From Paenibacillus sp. (GTDB lineage: Bacteria > Bacillota > Bacilli > Paenibacillales > YIM-B00363): 32,000 bases of DNA. Location: the NCBI GenBank assembly GCA_031181325.1, contig JAPSKX010000033.1, forward strand, positions 231 through 32,230, read 5' to 3'. This document shows, in pieces, positions 6,723 through 16,682 of this stretch (positions are counted from its first letter, which is position 1; every line of letters starts with the position of its first letter). The notes under the pieces were generated by a model. The model was not told the DNA's origin, did not search any database, and was given only the letters and a program-made list of their open reading frames with translations. The translations under genes were made by a program, and so were the position numbers.

Positions 6723-8408
6723 CTATCCCGAATCCGAGACCGGGCGGGGCGGTTTCGCTCTGGCTTGTTGTTTGTACTCGCTCGGCGTCATCCCGGTGAT
6801 CTTCTTGAATTGCGTACAGAAGTGAGGATAGCTCGAGAAGCCGATCCGCTCGCAGAGCAGCTGACTCTTCAAATCTTCGGCGAGAAGCAGCTGCTTGGCG
6901 CGTTCCATGCGCAGCTTCGTCAAGAAGTCGATGAACGTCTGTCCCGTGTTCAGCTTGAAGAGGTGACTGAAATAGCTGGGGTTCATATGAATGCGCTCCG
7001 CCACCTTGGCGAGCGTAAGATTGTCGTGCAGGTTCCTCTGCATATACTCGATCGCCTTGCCGATGTCTTCGTGCAGCTCGGATCCGGCCGATCCGGCGAC
7101 CGGACGGTCGAGATGTCGCAGCAGCAGCTCCTCGACGCGCTCGTACCATTCGGCTTGGCTGCCGTTGTCGTTCATGCCGCTCCAATCCAGCCGTTCCAGC
7201 GGGACGTCGGCTTTCCTTAACGCGGCGAGCGCCTTGCTCTTCAACAGAGCGGGCTCCGGCTGCGTCTCGGCGACGTACGCCTTCAATATTCGCAAGCCTT
7301 CGAGGCGGGACTCCGCCAGTTGCGACCGCCACTTCGCCGAGATCGCCTCCTCCGCGTCCGGCCAACCGATCATGCGTCGATCCAGCGCCTTAGCTTCGTG
7401 GGCATAAAACAGCGACGCGTTCGAACGATAGAATGCTAAGGAGGAAGCGAGCGCCGCTTCCTTCAACAGCCCGGGCAGCTTGTCGCGACCCTCCGCGACC
7501 GAGCTGATGCCTATGGCGATCTCGACGGTAAAATAGTGCCGGAAGAAGCGCTGCAGCCGCGAGTGGATCCGATGGACGTCGGCGTCGGCCTGCGTCCGGC
7601 TTCCGGAGGCCGGCACCGTCCGCACGGCATAGACGGAGCCGGACGGATCGGGGAGCGCGATCCCGCCGCCGCATTCGGCGACGACCTCCCGGACGGATTG
7701 ATAGATGGAAAACTTGATCAGGGAGACGTCCGAATCCGGATAGCGGGACAGCATGCGGTTCAGCTGCAGCACGTGGACGTGCATCGCCTGCAGCGCATGC
7801 CCTTGCGTCGGCGATCGTTCGGGATGCGGAACGAGCGCCCCCGCGTTCCCGCCGATTCCCGCGAGCGAGCCGTCCCCGAGCAAGTAATTCCAATCCTGCT
7901 CCGGAATATGTCCCCCGCGCCGATAATTTTGCATCATGCTCTGTCGAATTTCCCAGGCATGCCGGCTTAGCAGCTGATCCGCCATGCGCAGGCGGGAATC
8001 GGCCTCGCGCTCCGCCAGAATCGTCCGGCGGCAGTCGAGCAGCATGCGCTTCATATCTTCGAGCGGCACCGGCGTCTTCAGCACGTACGCGAGGGCGCCG
8101 AGATGCAGCGCTTGCTGCGCGTACCCGAAATCTTGATGGGCGGTCAGAATCGCGAAACGGACCGCAGGGAAATCCGTCTTAGCGGTCCGGATCGTGTCGA
8201 GTCCGCTCGGACCCGGCATCGAGATGTCGATCAAGACGAGGTCGGGGCAATAGATCGCGCACTTCTCCAACGCTTGCTTCCCGTTCGTCGCCTCCGCGAC
8301 GAGCTCCATCCCCAAGTCTCTCCACGGAACGTCTTCTCTCAGCATGTTCAGCACCATATACTCGTCGTCCACGATCATGACGCGGATCGCGCGTTCATCG
8401 CCGTTCAT
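6723..8408 (-). CDS. Two-component response regulator, CheY receiver plus AraC-type HTH (YesN-like)
   Basis: The receiver reads IRVMIVDDEYM...DLVLIDISMPGPSG, and the C-terminus carries an AraC HTH (LAKVAERIHMNPSYFSHLFK...ERIGFSSYPHFCTQFKKITGMTPSEYK). I chose the start at ATG 8408 (MNGDERAIRV) because GAGGAGG sits just upstream. The track start at 8447 would lie deep inside the kinase gene. Confidence 0.9.
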   Translation of the reverse strand: MNGDERAIRVMIVDDEYMVLNMLREDVPWRDLGMELVAEATNGKQALEKCAIYCPDLVLIDISMPGPSGLDTIRTAKTDFPAVRFAILTAHQDFGYAQQALHLGALAYVLKTPVPLEDMKRMLLDCRRTILAEREADSRLRMADQLLSRHAWEIRQSMMQNYRRGGHIPEQDWNYLLGDGSLAGIGGNAGALVPHPERSPTQGHALQAMHVHVLQLNRMLSRYPDSDVSLIKFSIYQSVREVVAECGGGIALPDPSGSVYAVRTVPASGSRTQADADVHRIHSRLQRFFRHYFTVEIAIGISSVAEGRDKLPGLLKEAALASSLAFYRSNASLFYAHEAKALDRRMIGWPDAEEAISAKWRSQLAESRLEGLRILKAYVAETQPEPALLKSKALAALRKADVPLERLDWSGMNDNGSQAEWYERVEELLLRHLDRPVAGSAGSELHEDIGKAIEYMQRNLHDNLTLAKVAERIHMNPSYFSHLFKLNTGQTFIDFLTKLRMERAKQLLLAEDLKSQLLCERIGFSSYPHFCTQFKKITGMTPSEYKQQARAKPPRPVSDSG

Positions 8409-10149
8409 GGCGTTCCTCCTCTCTTCGGGCCGGGATGCGAATTTCAACGACCGTTCCGCCGTTCTCCGCGCTGGCGACGCGAAGGCCGAACGCCTCGCCG
8501 AAGTTCAGCTTCAGCCGCTCGTCGATGCTGAACAAGCCTAGATGGTAATACCCCGTCCCCCGCTCCGAAGGCTGCGCGCGGAGCAGCGAGGCGAGCCGTT
8601 CTTCGGAGATGCCGACGCCGTCGTCCGCCACGCGAATGACGACGCTCTCGCCGCTGCGCTCGCCGGTCACGGCGATCGAGCCGAGCTCGCCCTTCGGGAG
8701 GATGCCGTGGAAGATGGCGTTCTCCACGAGCGGCTGCAGCGTAAACTTCGGGATCGGTGCCGACAACGCCGCCTCCTCGACGTCGCAATCGAGCGCGAAC
8801 TGCCCGGGGTACCGCATCTCCATCAGGGACGCGTACCGTCGGACGCCCGTCAGCTCCTCCTCGAAGGCGACGATCTCCTCGACTTTATCCAGATGGAAGT
8901 GGAGCAGGGAGGACAAATTCGTGATCATGCCGTCCACCTCGTCCGTCTTGCCGAGTTTCGCCAAGTAACTGATCGAATTGAGCGTATTGTACAGGAAGTG
9001 AGGCTGGATTTGCGTCTGAAGCACCTTCAGCTCGTACTGCTTCTTCTTCACCTCGATCTGGACGAGCCGCTCCATGAGCTGTTCGACCTTGCCGACCATG
9101 CGGTTGAAGGCGGAGACGACGACGCCGAATTCGTCGCTGCGTACGGCGTCGATTCGCGTGCGGAAGTCGCCTTCGCTCACCTTCTTCATCTGTCGGATCA
9201 AGGAGTGAAGCGGCTTGGAAATATACCTTGCAAGGCTGTACGACACGAACAGGGATAAGAAGAGGCCGGCGACGCCGATCCAGACGGACAGCGTCTTCAT
9301 GAAGCCCGCGGATCGGTCTAACGCCGCTTCGTCGAGCAGCAGCATCACCTGCCAGCCCCATTGATTGTTCCGGGACCTTGTGATCAGGAGGCTTCGTCCG
9401 GCCTCGTCCGTAAGCTGCCAGGAGGCCTGATTGTGCGACAGGGCGTCGGGCGGGAGGCCGCGAATCGAATACGACTTCTCGAATACGTCGTACGAGATAT
9501 ACGGCGAACGGACGGAGATCGGCAGTCCGGTCCGACTGAGCATGAGCAGCGACTCCCGCGAGCTGAAGTCGCGGTCCTCGTACGTCGAGAGGATCGACTC
9601 CAGATCGAGATCCGCGGCCAGCAGCCCGCCGAAGGGGCGCCCTTCGGCCGAAGGCAGCTTGGCGGCGAGCGTCACGGTATAATCCGATACCGGGGAGAAG
9701 TACGGCTCGGTCCAGAGGAAGGAGGACTCGGAGGAGGCGAGATGCTCGTAGAGCGCGCCGATCTGGCTCGGCGGCGCGATCTCCCACAGCAGGCGGGAGG
9801 TGCCGTACACCCGCCCGCCGTCCTTCAAAATATATAAATTCTTAATATTGCGGTTCCATTGCAGCTTATAGGCTTCGAGCCGCGCGATGAGCTCTTCCGA
9901 TTCGGAGGCGTAGAGGCGCTCGTCCCGGGCGATGAACAGCAAGTCCTTCTGTAAGCCCTTCATCAGCTCGTTCACGTAATAATCGGTCCGAACGAGGGTG
10001 TGGTGGGCGTAGGACGCTTGCTGGCTCCGGAATTGATCGGCGATGAAGCGCTGCGAGACGACCCCGAGCAGCAGCACCAAGCAGGACACCGCGCAGAAGC
10101 TGAAGACGAACAGCTTCACAGACAAGCTTCCGAAACGTCTCCTCAGCAT
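8395..10149 (-). CDS. Sensor histidine kinase (YesM-like; two TM segments, HAMP, His_kinase and HATPase regions)
   Basis: The HAMP-like region reads ISKPLHSLIRQMKKVSEGDF. The phosphoacceptor box is QIQPHFLYNTLNSISYL, and the ATPase motifs are LQPLVENAIFHG and DDGVGI. I chose the start at ATG 10149 (MLRRRFGSL) because it follows a GGGAGGGAG RBS. It overlaps the regulator start by 14 nt. Confidence 0.9.
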   Translation of the reverse strand: MLRRRFGSLSVKLFVFSFCAVSCLVLLLGVVSQRFIADQFRSQQASYAHHTLVRTDYYVNELMKGLQKDLLFIARDERLYASESEELIARLEAYKLQWNRNIKNLYILKDGGRVYGTSRLLWEIAPPSQIGALYEHLASSESSFLWTEPYFSPVSDYTVTLAAKLPSAEGRPFGGLLAADLDLESILSTYEDRDFSSRESLLMLSRTGLPISVRSPYISYDVFEKSYSIRGLPPDALSHNQASWQLTDEAGRSLLITRSRNNQWGWQVMLLLDEAALDRSAGFMKTLSVWIGVAGLFLSLFVSYSLARYISKPLHSLIRQMKKVSEGDFRTRIDAVRSDEFGVVVSAFNRMVGKVEQLMERLVQIEVKKKQYELKVLQTQIQPHFLYNTLNSISYLAKLGKTDEVDGMITNLSSLLHFHLDKVEEIVAFEEELTGVRRYASLMEMRYPGQFALDCDVEEAALSAPIPKFTLQPLVENAIFHGILPKGELGSIAVTGERSGESVVIRVADDGVGISEERLASLLRAQPSERGTGYYHLGLFSIDERLKLNFGEAFGLRVASAENGGTVVEIRIPARREEERHERR

Positions 10150-10292
10150 AGCGCTCCCTCCCTTCAATAAGTATAGCATGCGTCCAGGAGAGAGCGTTCG
10201 TCCGAACATCCAAAGATTCCGTACCGTTTGCCAAAGAATCCGAAACCTTTTCCCCCCGAAATCGCATTACAATCAGGTCAACTCAGGGAAAG

Positions 10293-11264
10293 ATGGTGGA
10301 CTCCATGAATTCGATGCCGGCCGAGAGCAATACAGGTATCGCAGCTGTCCGGCGCTTGCCGCCCCGGTGGATCCGGCTCCTCTGGAAGTACAAATTTCGA
10401 TATCTCCTCATCCTGCCGGGCTTGTTGTACATTCTCGTTTTCAAATACGGCTCCTTGTACGGCATCCTGATCGCGTTCCAGGACTTCTCCCCGTTCCGGG
10501 GCGTCCAGGGCAGCGAGTGGGTGGGCCTAAAGTGGTTCCGTGCGTTCTGGGAGAGCCCCGACTTCTGGAAGGTGCTGCGCAACACGTTCGTCATCAGCTT
10601 CATGAAGATCGCCTTCGGCATGACCCCCGACATCGTCGTCGCCTTGCTGCTGAACGAGGTGCGCCGGATGTGGTTCAAGCGGGTGATCCAGACGCTCACG
10701 TACATGCCTCACTTCTTGTCCTGGATCATTATCTACGGCATCGTCCTGGCGTTCCTGTCGCCGACCAACGGCCTGCTCAACTTCGGCTTGAAGGAGCTCG
10801 GCTTCGAGCCGGTTCGCTTCTTGACCTCCAACGACTGGTTCCGATGGATTCTCGTCGGGTCGGACATCTGGAAGGACATCGGCTGGGGCGCGATCATCTA
10901 CCTCGCGGCGCTGACGGCGATCGACCCGCAGCAATACGAAGCGGCCGTCATGGACGGCGCCTCGCGCTGGCGGCAGACGTGGCATATTACGCTGCCCGGC
11001 ATCCGGAGCGTCATCGTGCTGCTGCTTATCTTGAAGCTCGGCAACGTGCTCGACGCAGGGTTTACGCAGGTGTACGCGATGTACAATCCGCTCGTCTACG
11101 ATACGGTCGATATTATCGATACGTGGGTGTACCGCAAGGGCATCGTGGAAAATAACTTCAGCCTCGCCACCGCCGTCGGGCTGTTCAAGTCGGTCGTCGG
11201 CATGCTCTTCGTGCTGACGGCGAACCGCCTGGCGAAAAAATTCGGCGAAAACGGAATCTGGTAA
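10293..11264 (+). CDS. Sugar ABC transporter permease (LplB/YtcP-like)
   Basis: 323 aa with multiple TM segments and the typical N-terminal YLLILPGLLYILVFKYGSLYGILIAFQDF. The exact start codon is uncertain, since there are several in-frame ATGs at 10293-10315. Confidence 0.88.
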   Translation: MVDSMNSMPAESNTGIAAVRRLPPRWIRLLWKYKFRYLLILPGLLYILVFKYGSLYGILIAFQDFSPFRGVQGSEWVGLKWFRAFWESPDFWKVLRNTFVISFMKIAFGMTPDIVVALLLNEVRRMWFKRVIQTLTYMPHFLSWIIIYGIVLAFLSPTNGLLNFGLKELGFEPVRFLTSNDWFRWILVGSDIWKDIGWGAIIYLAALTAIDPQQYEAAVMDGASRWRQTWHITLPGIRSVIVLLLILKLGNVLDAGFTQVYAMYNPLVYDTVDIIDTWVYRKGIVENNFSLATAVGLFKSVVGMLFVLTANRLAKKFGENGIW

Positions 11265-11276
11265 AGGGGGGATTCG

Positions 11277-12143
11277 ATGCGACGTTCGCTCGGGGAGAGA
11301 ATATTCCAACGATTCAACGTTTGCTTGCTGGCCGCGCTGGGCTTCGCCGCCGTGTTTCCGATCTACTATGTGTTCATCGTCTCCATTACCCCCTACATCG
11401 AGCTGGTACGCAACGGCGGCTTTATCGTCGTTCCGAGGGACATTACGTTCCAAGCGTACGGGGAGCTGCTGCAGGATCCGAAGATGACGCGGGCGCTGTT
11501 CAACTCCGTCTATATCACCGTCGTCTCGACGCTGCTCGGGGTCGTCTTGTCCCTGATGCTGGCGTACGGCCTGTCCAACCGGACGATGCCCGGCAGGAAC
11601 GCGGTCCTGCTCTTGCTCTTGATTACGATGCTGTTCCACGGCGGCATGATCCCGCAATACATGCTGATCAAGTGGCTGGGCTTGTTGAACACCTACGCGT
11701 CCTTGATCTTGTCGGGCACCGTCAGCGTCTTCAACGTGTTGATCATGAAGACGTTCATCGAAAATTTGCCGGATAACCTGGAGGAAGCGGCGCTGATCGA
11801 CGGGGCGACGGAGGCCGGGTACTTGGTTAAGATCGTGCTGCCGCTGTCGCTGCCGATCGTCGCGACGGTAGGCTTGTTCTACGCCGTCGCCCACTGGAAC
11901 GCGTTCTTCGAAGCGATTCTATACATTTCGGACGTGAGCAAGCATCCGCTGCAGGCGGTGCTGCGGGAGATGCTCAACGTGCCCGACCCGTCCGAATTCG
12001 AGGGCGATATCAGCCAGCTCGTGCCGACGGAGGCGACGAAGATGGCGGCCGTTATGATCTCGATCGTGCCGGTGCTGCTCATCTATCCGTTCCTGCAGAA
12101 ATATTTCACGAAAGGGGTGTTGCTGGGATCTATCAAAGGTTAG
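11277..12143 (+). CDS. Carbohydrate ABC transporter permease (LplC-like)
   Basis: 288 aa with TM segments and an EAA-loop-like LEEAALIDGATEAGYLVKIVLPL. Confidence 0.9.
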   Translation: MRRSLGERIFQRFNVCLLAALGFAAVFPIYYVFIVSITPYIELVRNGGFIVVPRDITFQAYGELLQDPKMTRALFNSVYITVVSTLLGVVLSLMLAYGLSNRTMPGRNAVLLLLLITMLFHGGMIPQYMLIKWLGLLNTYASLILSGTVSVFNVLIMKTFIENLPDNLEEAALIDGATEAGYLVKIVLPLSLPIVATVGLFYAVAHWNAFFEAILYISDVSKHPLQAVLREMLNVPDPSEFEGDISQLVPTEATKMAAVMISIVPVLLIYPFLQKYFTKGVLLGSIKG

Positions 12144-12214
12144 CGTATAGAGAGAAGCGTTGTCCTGCGGATACGGAATCATGCTGCATTACAGAAGGGG
12201 AGGTTCGGATCGGT

Positions 12215-13843
12215 ATGAATCGGAAAAGGGTGCTTTCCATCGCGCTGGCGACCGCGCTTGTGTTCGTCGTCGCTTGCAGCAACGACGCCGGGGTGAAGGA
12301 AGAGGAGAACGGCGGAGCGCAGACGCCGCCGGCGGAAGGCGCGAAGGACCCGGGCGCGTCGAGCGGGGCGGAGACGCCCGCAGCCGCGCCGGAGGAGCCG
12401 GCGACGATCGAGGTGGAGCGCGGGTTCTCCGTCAGCGTCGATATTCCGCCGCCGGAGCAAGACGTGATCCTGCAGACGATCCGCAAGGACCTGAACATCG
12501 ATCTGAAGTATGCGTTCACGTTCGGCAAGTCGGACGATTGGCGGGCGAAGATGGGCGCTCGCGTCGCGGCGAACGACTTGCCGGAAGCGATTATGTATTT
12601 CAACCTCGGGGATTATCGCAAGGCGCAAGCCGACGGGTACTTGCTCCCGCTGAACGACGTGTTCAACCTCGAGACGATGCCGGCGAATATCAAGTCGTAC
12701 GTTACGGAAGGGATGCTGTACTACATTACCGACCCGAACGGCGAATATCACGGCTTGCCGTCGCGCCCGCCGTCTCTCAGCAACGGTCTCTTCATCCGCA
12801 AGGACTGGCTCGAGAAGCTGGACCTGGCGATGCCGACGACGACCGACGAGCTGAAGGACGTCATGATCGCGTTCGCGAACCGGGATCCCGACGGCAACGG
12901 CAAGAAGGATACGTACGCCTTCTCCGCCAGCGGCTCGTCGATGCAGCAGCAGCTGTGGTGGCAATTCCTGTCCGCCTTCACCGGCGACGTTCGCGGCACG
13001 TATTGGGTAGACGATGCAGGCGCGCTGCGCGGGGGATTGGCGAGCCCCGAGATGCGCCAATACTTGCAATTCATGCATGATCTCATGAAGGAAGGCGCGC
13101 TCGATCCGGATTTCGCGACGAACACGCTGGATCGGGTAACGCAGAAGGTCGAGCAGGGACAGGTCGGCATCTTCTACAACGCCGGTTACCCGACCGCCAT
13201 CGTAGACAACATGAAGACGATCAATCCGAACGCGGACGTCGTCGTGCTGCCTCCGGTGACCGGTCCGGCCGGCCAGGCGTCCAACAACGGCAAGACGATC
13301 GCCCCGAACGGGGTGCTGGGCATTACGGTCAAGCTGAAGGACCAGCCGGAGAAGGTGCGGAAGATCATCGAGCTCGTCGATTGGATGACCGGCGACGTCG
13401 GGGAGGAGCTGCTTACCTTCGGCGCGGAGGGCGTCAGTCATAAGAAGACGAACGGCGTCGTCACGGAATTTATCGCGGGCAAGGAGAGCAACTACCTGGC
13501 CGCGTATTCGCTGGTCGGCACGCCGGCGCTGAAGGAGAAGCCGGAAGCGGTGAAGGTGTTCTATCCGGATCCGTTCCTGTACGAACAGCAGATGATGCTG
13601 CTCGGCGACCGGCCGAAGTACGGCAGCGTCTTCGCGCTCGGTCAGGCGAAGGAGCCGACGGAGCTGGCGGCGGATCTGAACAAATACGCCGGCGAGATGA
13701 TGATGAAGTTCATCTACGGCAACGTCCCGCTGGACGACGCGAACTGGAACGAATATGTAGAAACTTACATGACGACCTACAAAGGGCAAGAGTACCTCGA
13801 CATCGTGACGGCGGAGTTGAAGAAGAACGGCGTCCTGAAATAA
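12215..13843 (+). CDS. Extracellular solute-binding lipoprotein (LplA-like) of the ABC importer
   Basis: 542 aa. The signal peptide has the lipobox LVFVVAC, followed by a low-complexity linker and a large family-1 SBP-type body. The RBS is GGGGAGG. Confidence 0.9.
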   Translation: MNRKRVLSIALATALVFVVACSNDAGVKEEENGGAQTPPAEGAKDPGASSGAETPAAAPEEPATIEVERGFSVSVDIPPPEQDVILQTIRKDLNIDLKYAFTFGKSDDWRAKMGARVAANDLPEAIMYFNLGDYRKAQADGYLLPLNDVFNLETMPANIKSYVTEGMLYYITDPNGEYHGLPSRPPSLSNGLFIRKDWLEKLDLAMPTTTDELKDVMIAFANRDPDGNGKKDTYAFSASGSSMQQQLWWQFLSAFTGDVRGTYWVDDAGALRGGLASPEMRQYLQFMHDLMKEGALDPDFATNTLDRVTQKVEQGQVGIFYNAGYPTAIVDNMKTINPNADVVVLPPVTGPAGQASNNGKTIAPNGVLGITVKLKDQPEKVRKIIELVDWMTGDVGEELLTFGAEGVSHKKTNGVVTEFIAGKESNYLAAYSLVGTPALKEKPEAVKVFYPDPFLYEQQMMLLGDRPKYGSVFALGQAKEPTELAADLNKYAGEMMMKFIYGNVPLDDANWNEYVETYMTTYKGQEYLDIVTAELKKNGVLK

Positions 13844-13916
13844 GGCGCCTCGACCGGAGGGCCGGATCTAGAGCGGAGCGGCCTTCCGAAATACTCTTTA
13901 GATGGGGTGAGTCGTA

Positions 13917-15524
13917 ATGGAGAAGAAGCACGAAGGCGGGGAAACGAAGAACGAGAAGGTCGATCGCAGACGGGTATTGAAAATGCTGGGCGCCACCGGC
14001 GCGGCGATCGTCGCCGGCGGACTGCTGCAAAATCGTCTTGCAAGCGCTTTACCGTCGGTGACGGAGGATGTGTACGGCGATGCCGGCGCGGCCTTGGGCA
14101 AGGGATTCGGTCCCGGAGGCGTGCCGGGGCGGCTGGAGGCGTTGGCGGAGCAGGTCGCGGCGCTGGAAGCGTCGATCGGCGTGCCGAGCGGGTTCCGCCC
14201 GGAGGACGCGGACGTCATCAGCAAGCTGAACAACGAATCCGTCGACCGCGCCGTCAATCTGCGCTGGTACGGCGCGGTCGGAGACGGCGTAACCGACGAT
14301 ATGGCGGCGTGGGACGCGGCGATCGCGGCGGTACCGGCCGGCGGGGCGCTCTTCGTTCCGCCGGGGACGTACTACAGCGCATTAGGCTTCGCGTGCCCCC
14401 GCGGCGACATTACGCTCTTCGGCGCCGGCCCGTCCTCGCATCTCGTCGGCGGGTCGCAGGAGAACACGCTGCTCGTCGGCACCGCGGACCGATCCACCCG
14501 CGTGAAAAACGTGAACGTGCATTCGCTCCGCTTCACCCAGCAGCCCGGCCCGAGCGGCAGCGGCGCGGACAACAATTACGCTGGCGTCAAGATTTGGTAT
14601 TGCGATCGCGCGGCGATCTACAATAACGACTTCGAGAACTGCGACGTCGGCGTCAGCCTCGCCGGGGGCAATCATCTGCTCGGGTTCCCGGGGCGCGTCA
14701 CGTATCGCAATACGGTCGCGATGAACCGGATGCTGAATACGCGGAAGATGGGTATCGAGATCTTTTTCCAGGACCATGCTTTCGTCTACGGCAATCAGAT
14801 GATCAACGAAAATTCGTTCCCGGCGGCGGAGAGCCACGCGATCCGCAATATCGGCTCCCATCATTCCTATATCGTCGCGAACGAAGCCCGTCGCTTCCGC
14901 ACCGGCATCTCCAATCAAGGCGGGCAGTCGAACGGGTACCGGGATTGCCGCAACTATGTCAACGCGCACAACAAGTTCCGCGACGTCGTGAAGGGCATTA
15001 TGGGGACCGTCGGGACGCACGAAGGCCAGGTGTTGTACAACACGCTCGAGAACGTTCGGGATTTCGGCATCGAATACCGCTGGGAGACGCTTAGCGGCAA
15101 CTACGTCGGTTGGGATCAGGTCGACGTCGTCGGCAACCTGATCGCGGCCGACCCGAATTCGACCTCCTCGAGCCGAGCCGCCTCGTTCGGAGGCGGGGCC
15201 CGCCTGACGTACCGAGGGAATCGCTCGCTCGGCTTCGGCGACGGCATGTCGTCGGGCGCGTCCTATCACGTGTTCCTCGATAACATCACGAAGATCGCCG
15301 TCATCGAAGGCAATTATTTCGAGGATGGGTACTACGTCAGCGATACCGATCGCAATCTCGGCGTGCGCGTCCGGAACAACGCGAAGACCGTCGTCTCGCG
15401 CAACAACGTCTTCGTGTCGCCCGTTCCGGACCCGGCCGAGCGGAACAAGCAGGAGTCCGGCTCGGGACAGCTGCTGAAGGGCTTCGCCGGCGTGGCCGAC
15501 ATGAACGATCATCTGCAGCCGTAA
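13917..15524 (+). CDS. Tat-secreted right-handed beta-helix protein (pectate-lyase-superfamily / glycosidase-like)
   Basis: 535 aa with a twin-arginine signal DRRRVLKMLGATGAAIVAGG...ASA. The motif VNLRWYGAVGDGVTDDMAAWDAAIAAVPAGGALFVPPGTYY is typical of Pectate_lyase_3-type beta-helix enzymes. Periodic N/G-rich beta-helix repeats follow. Confidence 0.8.
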   Translation: MEKKHEGGETKNEKVDRRRVLKMLGATGAAIVAGGLLQNRLASALPSVTEDVYGDAGAALGKGFGPGGVPGRLEALAEQVAALEASIGVPSGFRPEDADVISKLNNESVDRAVNLRWYGAVGDGVTDDMAAWDAAIAAVPAGGALFVPPGTYYSALGFACPRGDITLFGAGPSSHLVGGSQENTLLVGTADRSTRVKNVNVHSLRFTQQPGPSGSGADNNYAGVKIWYCDRAAIYNNDFENCDVGVSLAGGNHLLGFPGRVTYRNTVAMNRMLNTRKMGIEIFFQDHAFVYGNQMINENSFPAAESHAIRNIGSHHSYIVANEARRFRTGISNQGGQSNGYRDCRNYVNAHNKFRDVVKGIMGTVGTHEGQVLYNTLENVRDFGIEYRWETLSGNYVGWDQVDVVGNLIAADPNSTSSSRAASFGGGARLTYRGNRSLGFGDGMSSGASYHVFLDNITKIAVIEGNYFEDGYYVSDTDRNLGVRVRNNAKTVVSRNNVFVSPVPDPAERNKQESGSGQLLKGFAGVADMNDHLQP

Positions 15525-15551
15525 CGCGGTTCGACCGCATCCCGCTTGGTT

Positions 15552-15592
15552 ACGAGACGGAGACGGAGACGGAGACGGAGACGGAGACGGAG
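15552..15592. repeat. Hexanucleotide microsatellite (GAGACG), six perfect units plus partial units
   Basis: Read directly: the perfect units are at 15554-15589. They are flanked by the partial ACG and GAG, and run into the GGAGGGA RBS of the next gene. Confidence 0.95.
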
Positions 15593-15599
15593 GGACAAA

Positions 15600-16682
15600 A
15601 TGCAGTATTTCAACACGCAAGCGTATAGGGAAGGATTGGCTCGAACGAACGGCCCGCGACGCTTCGACGCGGCTGCCATCCCGGAGGGCGCGGAGCGGTC
15701 TGCTTGGCAGGGGGCGTTCCGCGCCGCCCTGCGCGAGAGGCTCGGCTTGCACCGCATCGGCGTTGAGCCGGTCGAGCTGTCGCCGCGGCTCGTCGAGACG
15801 ATCGAGCGGGAAGGGTATACGCGGGAGAAGCGGTATATTACGACGGAGCCCGGCGTAGAAATCCCGTTTTATGTGCTGCTGCCTCGCGGCCGCACGGGAC
15901 CGTTCCCGCTCGCGATCGTTCCCCACGGACACGGAAGTCGAGGGAAGGAGACGTACGTCGGCAATTACGCCTCGGAGGAGGAGCGGCGCAGCGGGGAGGA
16001 GGGCGAGCGGGATCTCGCGCTCCAAGCGGTGTCGCACGGCTACGCGGTCATCGCTCCCGACGTGCGCGGGTTCTACGAGATGGGCCGAGAGGAAGATGCG
16101 GGGGCGACGCGCGGCCCCGGCAATTCCTGTGCGCATCTGCAACGCATGGCGCTGATGTACGGACGCACCTTGATCGGGGAGCGGGTGCACGACATGGGGC
16201 GCTTGATCGACTACGCGCTGACGCGTCCGGACATCGACGGCGGGCGCATCGTCATGACGGGCAACTCCGGCGGCGGCACGGTGACGCTGTTCGCCGCGGC
16301 GCTCGACGTGCGCATCGCCGTCGCGGTGCCGGGATCGTACGTATGTACCTTCGAGCAATCCATCGTCCCGATCGAGCATTGTCCGTGCAATCTCGTGCCG
16401 GGCATCTTGGAGCTCGGCGAGATGTACGACATCGCCGGCTTGATCGCGCCGCGTCCGCTGCTCGTCGTGCACGGGGAAGGGGACGACATCTATCCGATCG
16501 CCGGAACGCGACGCGCGTTCGCGGCGATTCAGACCATCTACGCCCGCTGGGGCGCGGCGGGTCGCTGCGAGCTGTTCGTCGGGAACGGCGGGCACCGGTA
16601 CTACAAGGAACGCGTATGGAGCTTCGCGGCGGAAGGGCTGTCGGCGCTTAGCGTCGCGGGAGGGCACGACGATGGGCGGTGA
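15600..16682 (+). CDS. Alpha/beta hydrolase (putative carbohydrate esterase)
   Basis: The start is at ATG 15600 (MQYFNTQAY), 5 nt after GGAGGGA. The track start at 15546 merely translates the microsatellite as poly-Arg. The nucleophile elbow is GNSGGG. There are also HGHG, an acidic HGEGDDIYP and a C-terminal GNGGHRYY. Confidence 0.8.
   Translation: MQYFNTQAYREGLARTNGPRRFDAAAIPEGAERSAWQGAFRAALRERLGLHRIGVEPVELSPRLVETIEREGYTREKRYITTEPGVEIPFYVLLPRGRTGPFPLAIVPHGHGSRGKETYVGNYASEEERRSGEEGERDLALQAVSHGYAVIAPDVRGFYEMGREEDAGATRGPGNSCAHLQRMALMYGRTLIGERVHDMGRLIDYALTRPDIDGGRIVMTGNSGGGTVTLFAAALDVRIAVAVPGSYVCTFEQSIVPIEHCPCNLVPGILELGEMYDIAGLIAPRPLLVVHGEGDDIYPIAGTRRAFAAIQTIYARWGAAGRCELFVGNGGHRYYKERVWSFAAEGLSALSVAGGHDDGR

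Noticed and set aside
15546-15599. An N-terminal extension MVTRRRRRRRRRRRRRDK of the hydrolase ORF.
   Set aside because: The poly-Arg is simply the (GAGACG)n microsatellite translated. The ATG at 15600 has a proper GGAGGGA RBS, whereas the upstream start has none.
14382-16667. A very long reverse-strand ORF (761 aa). Similar long antisense or off-frame ORFs lie at 12179-13789, 10527-11894, 22059-23408, 26243-28141, 2244-3026, 6589-7365 and 17236-18330.
   Set aside because: All overlap well-supported genes on the other strand or in another frame. They are Arg/Ala/Pro/Gly-rich low-complexity translations without recognisable motifs or RBS. These are typical shadow ORFs of high-GC DNA, where stop codons are rare.
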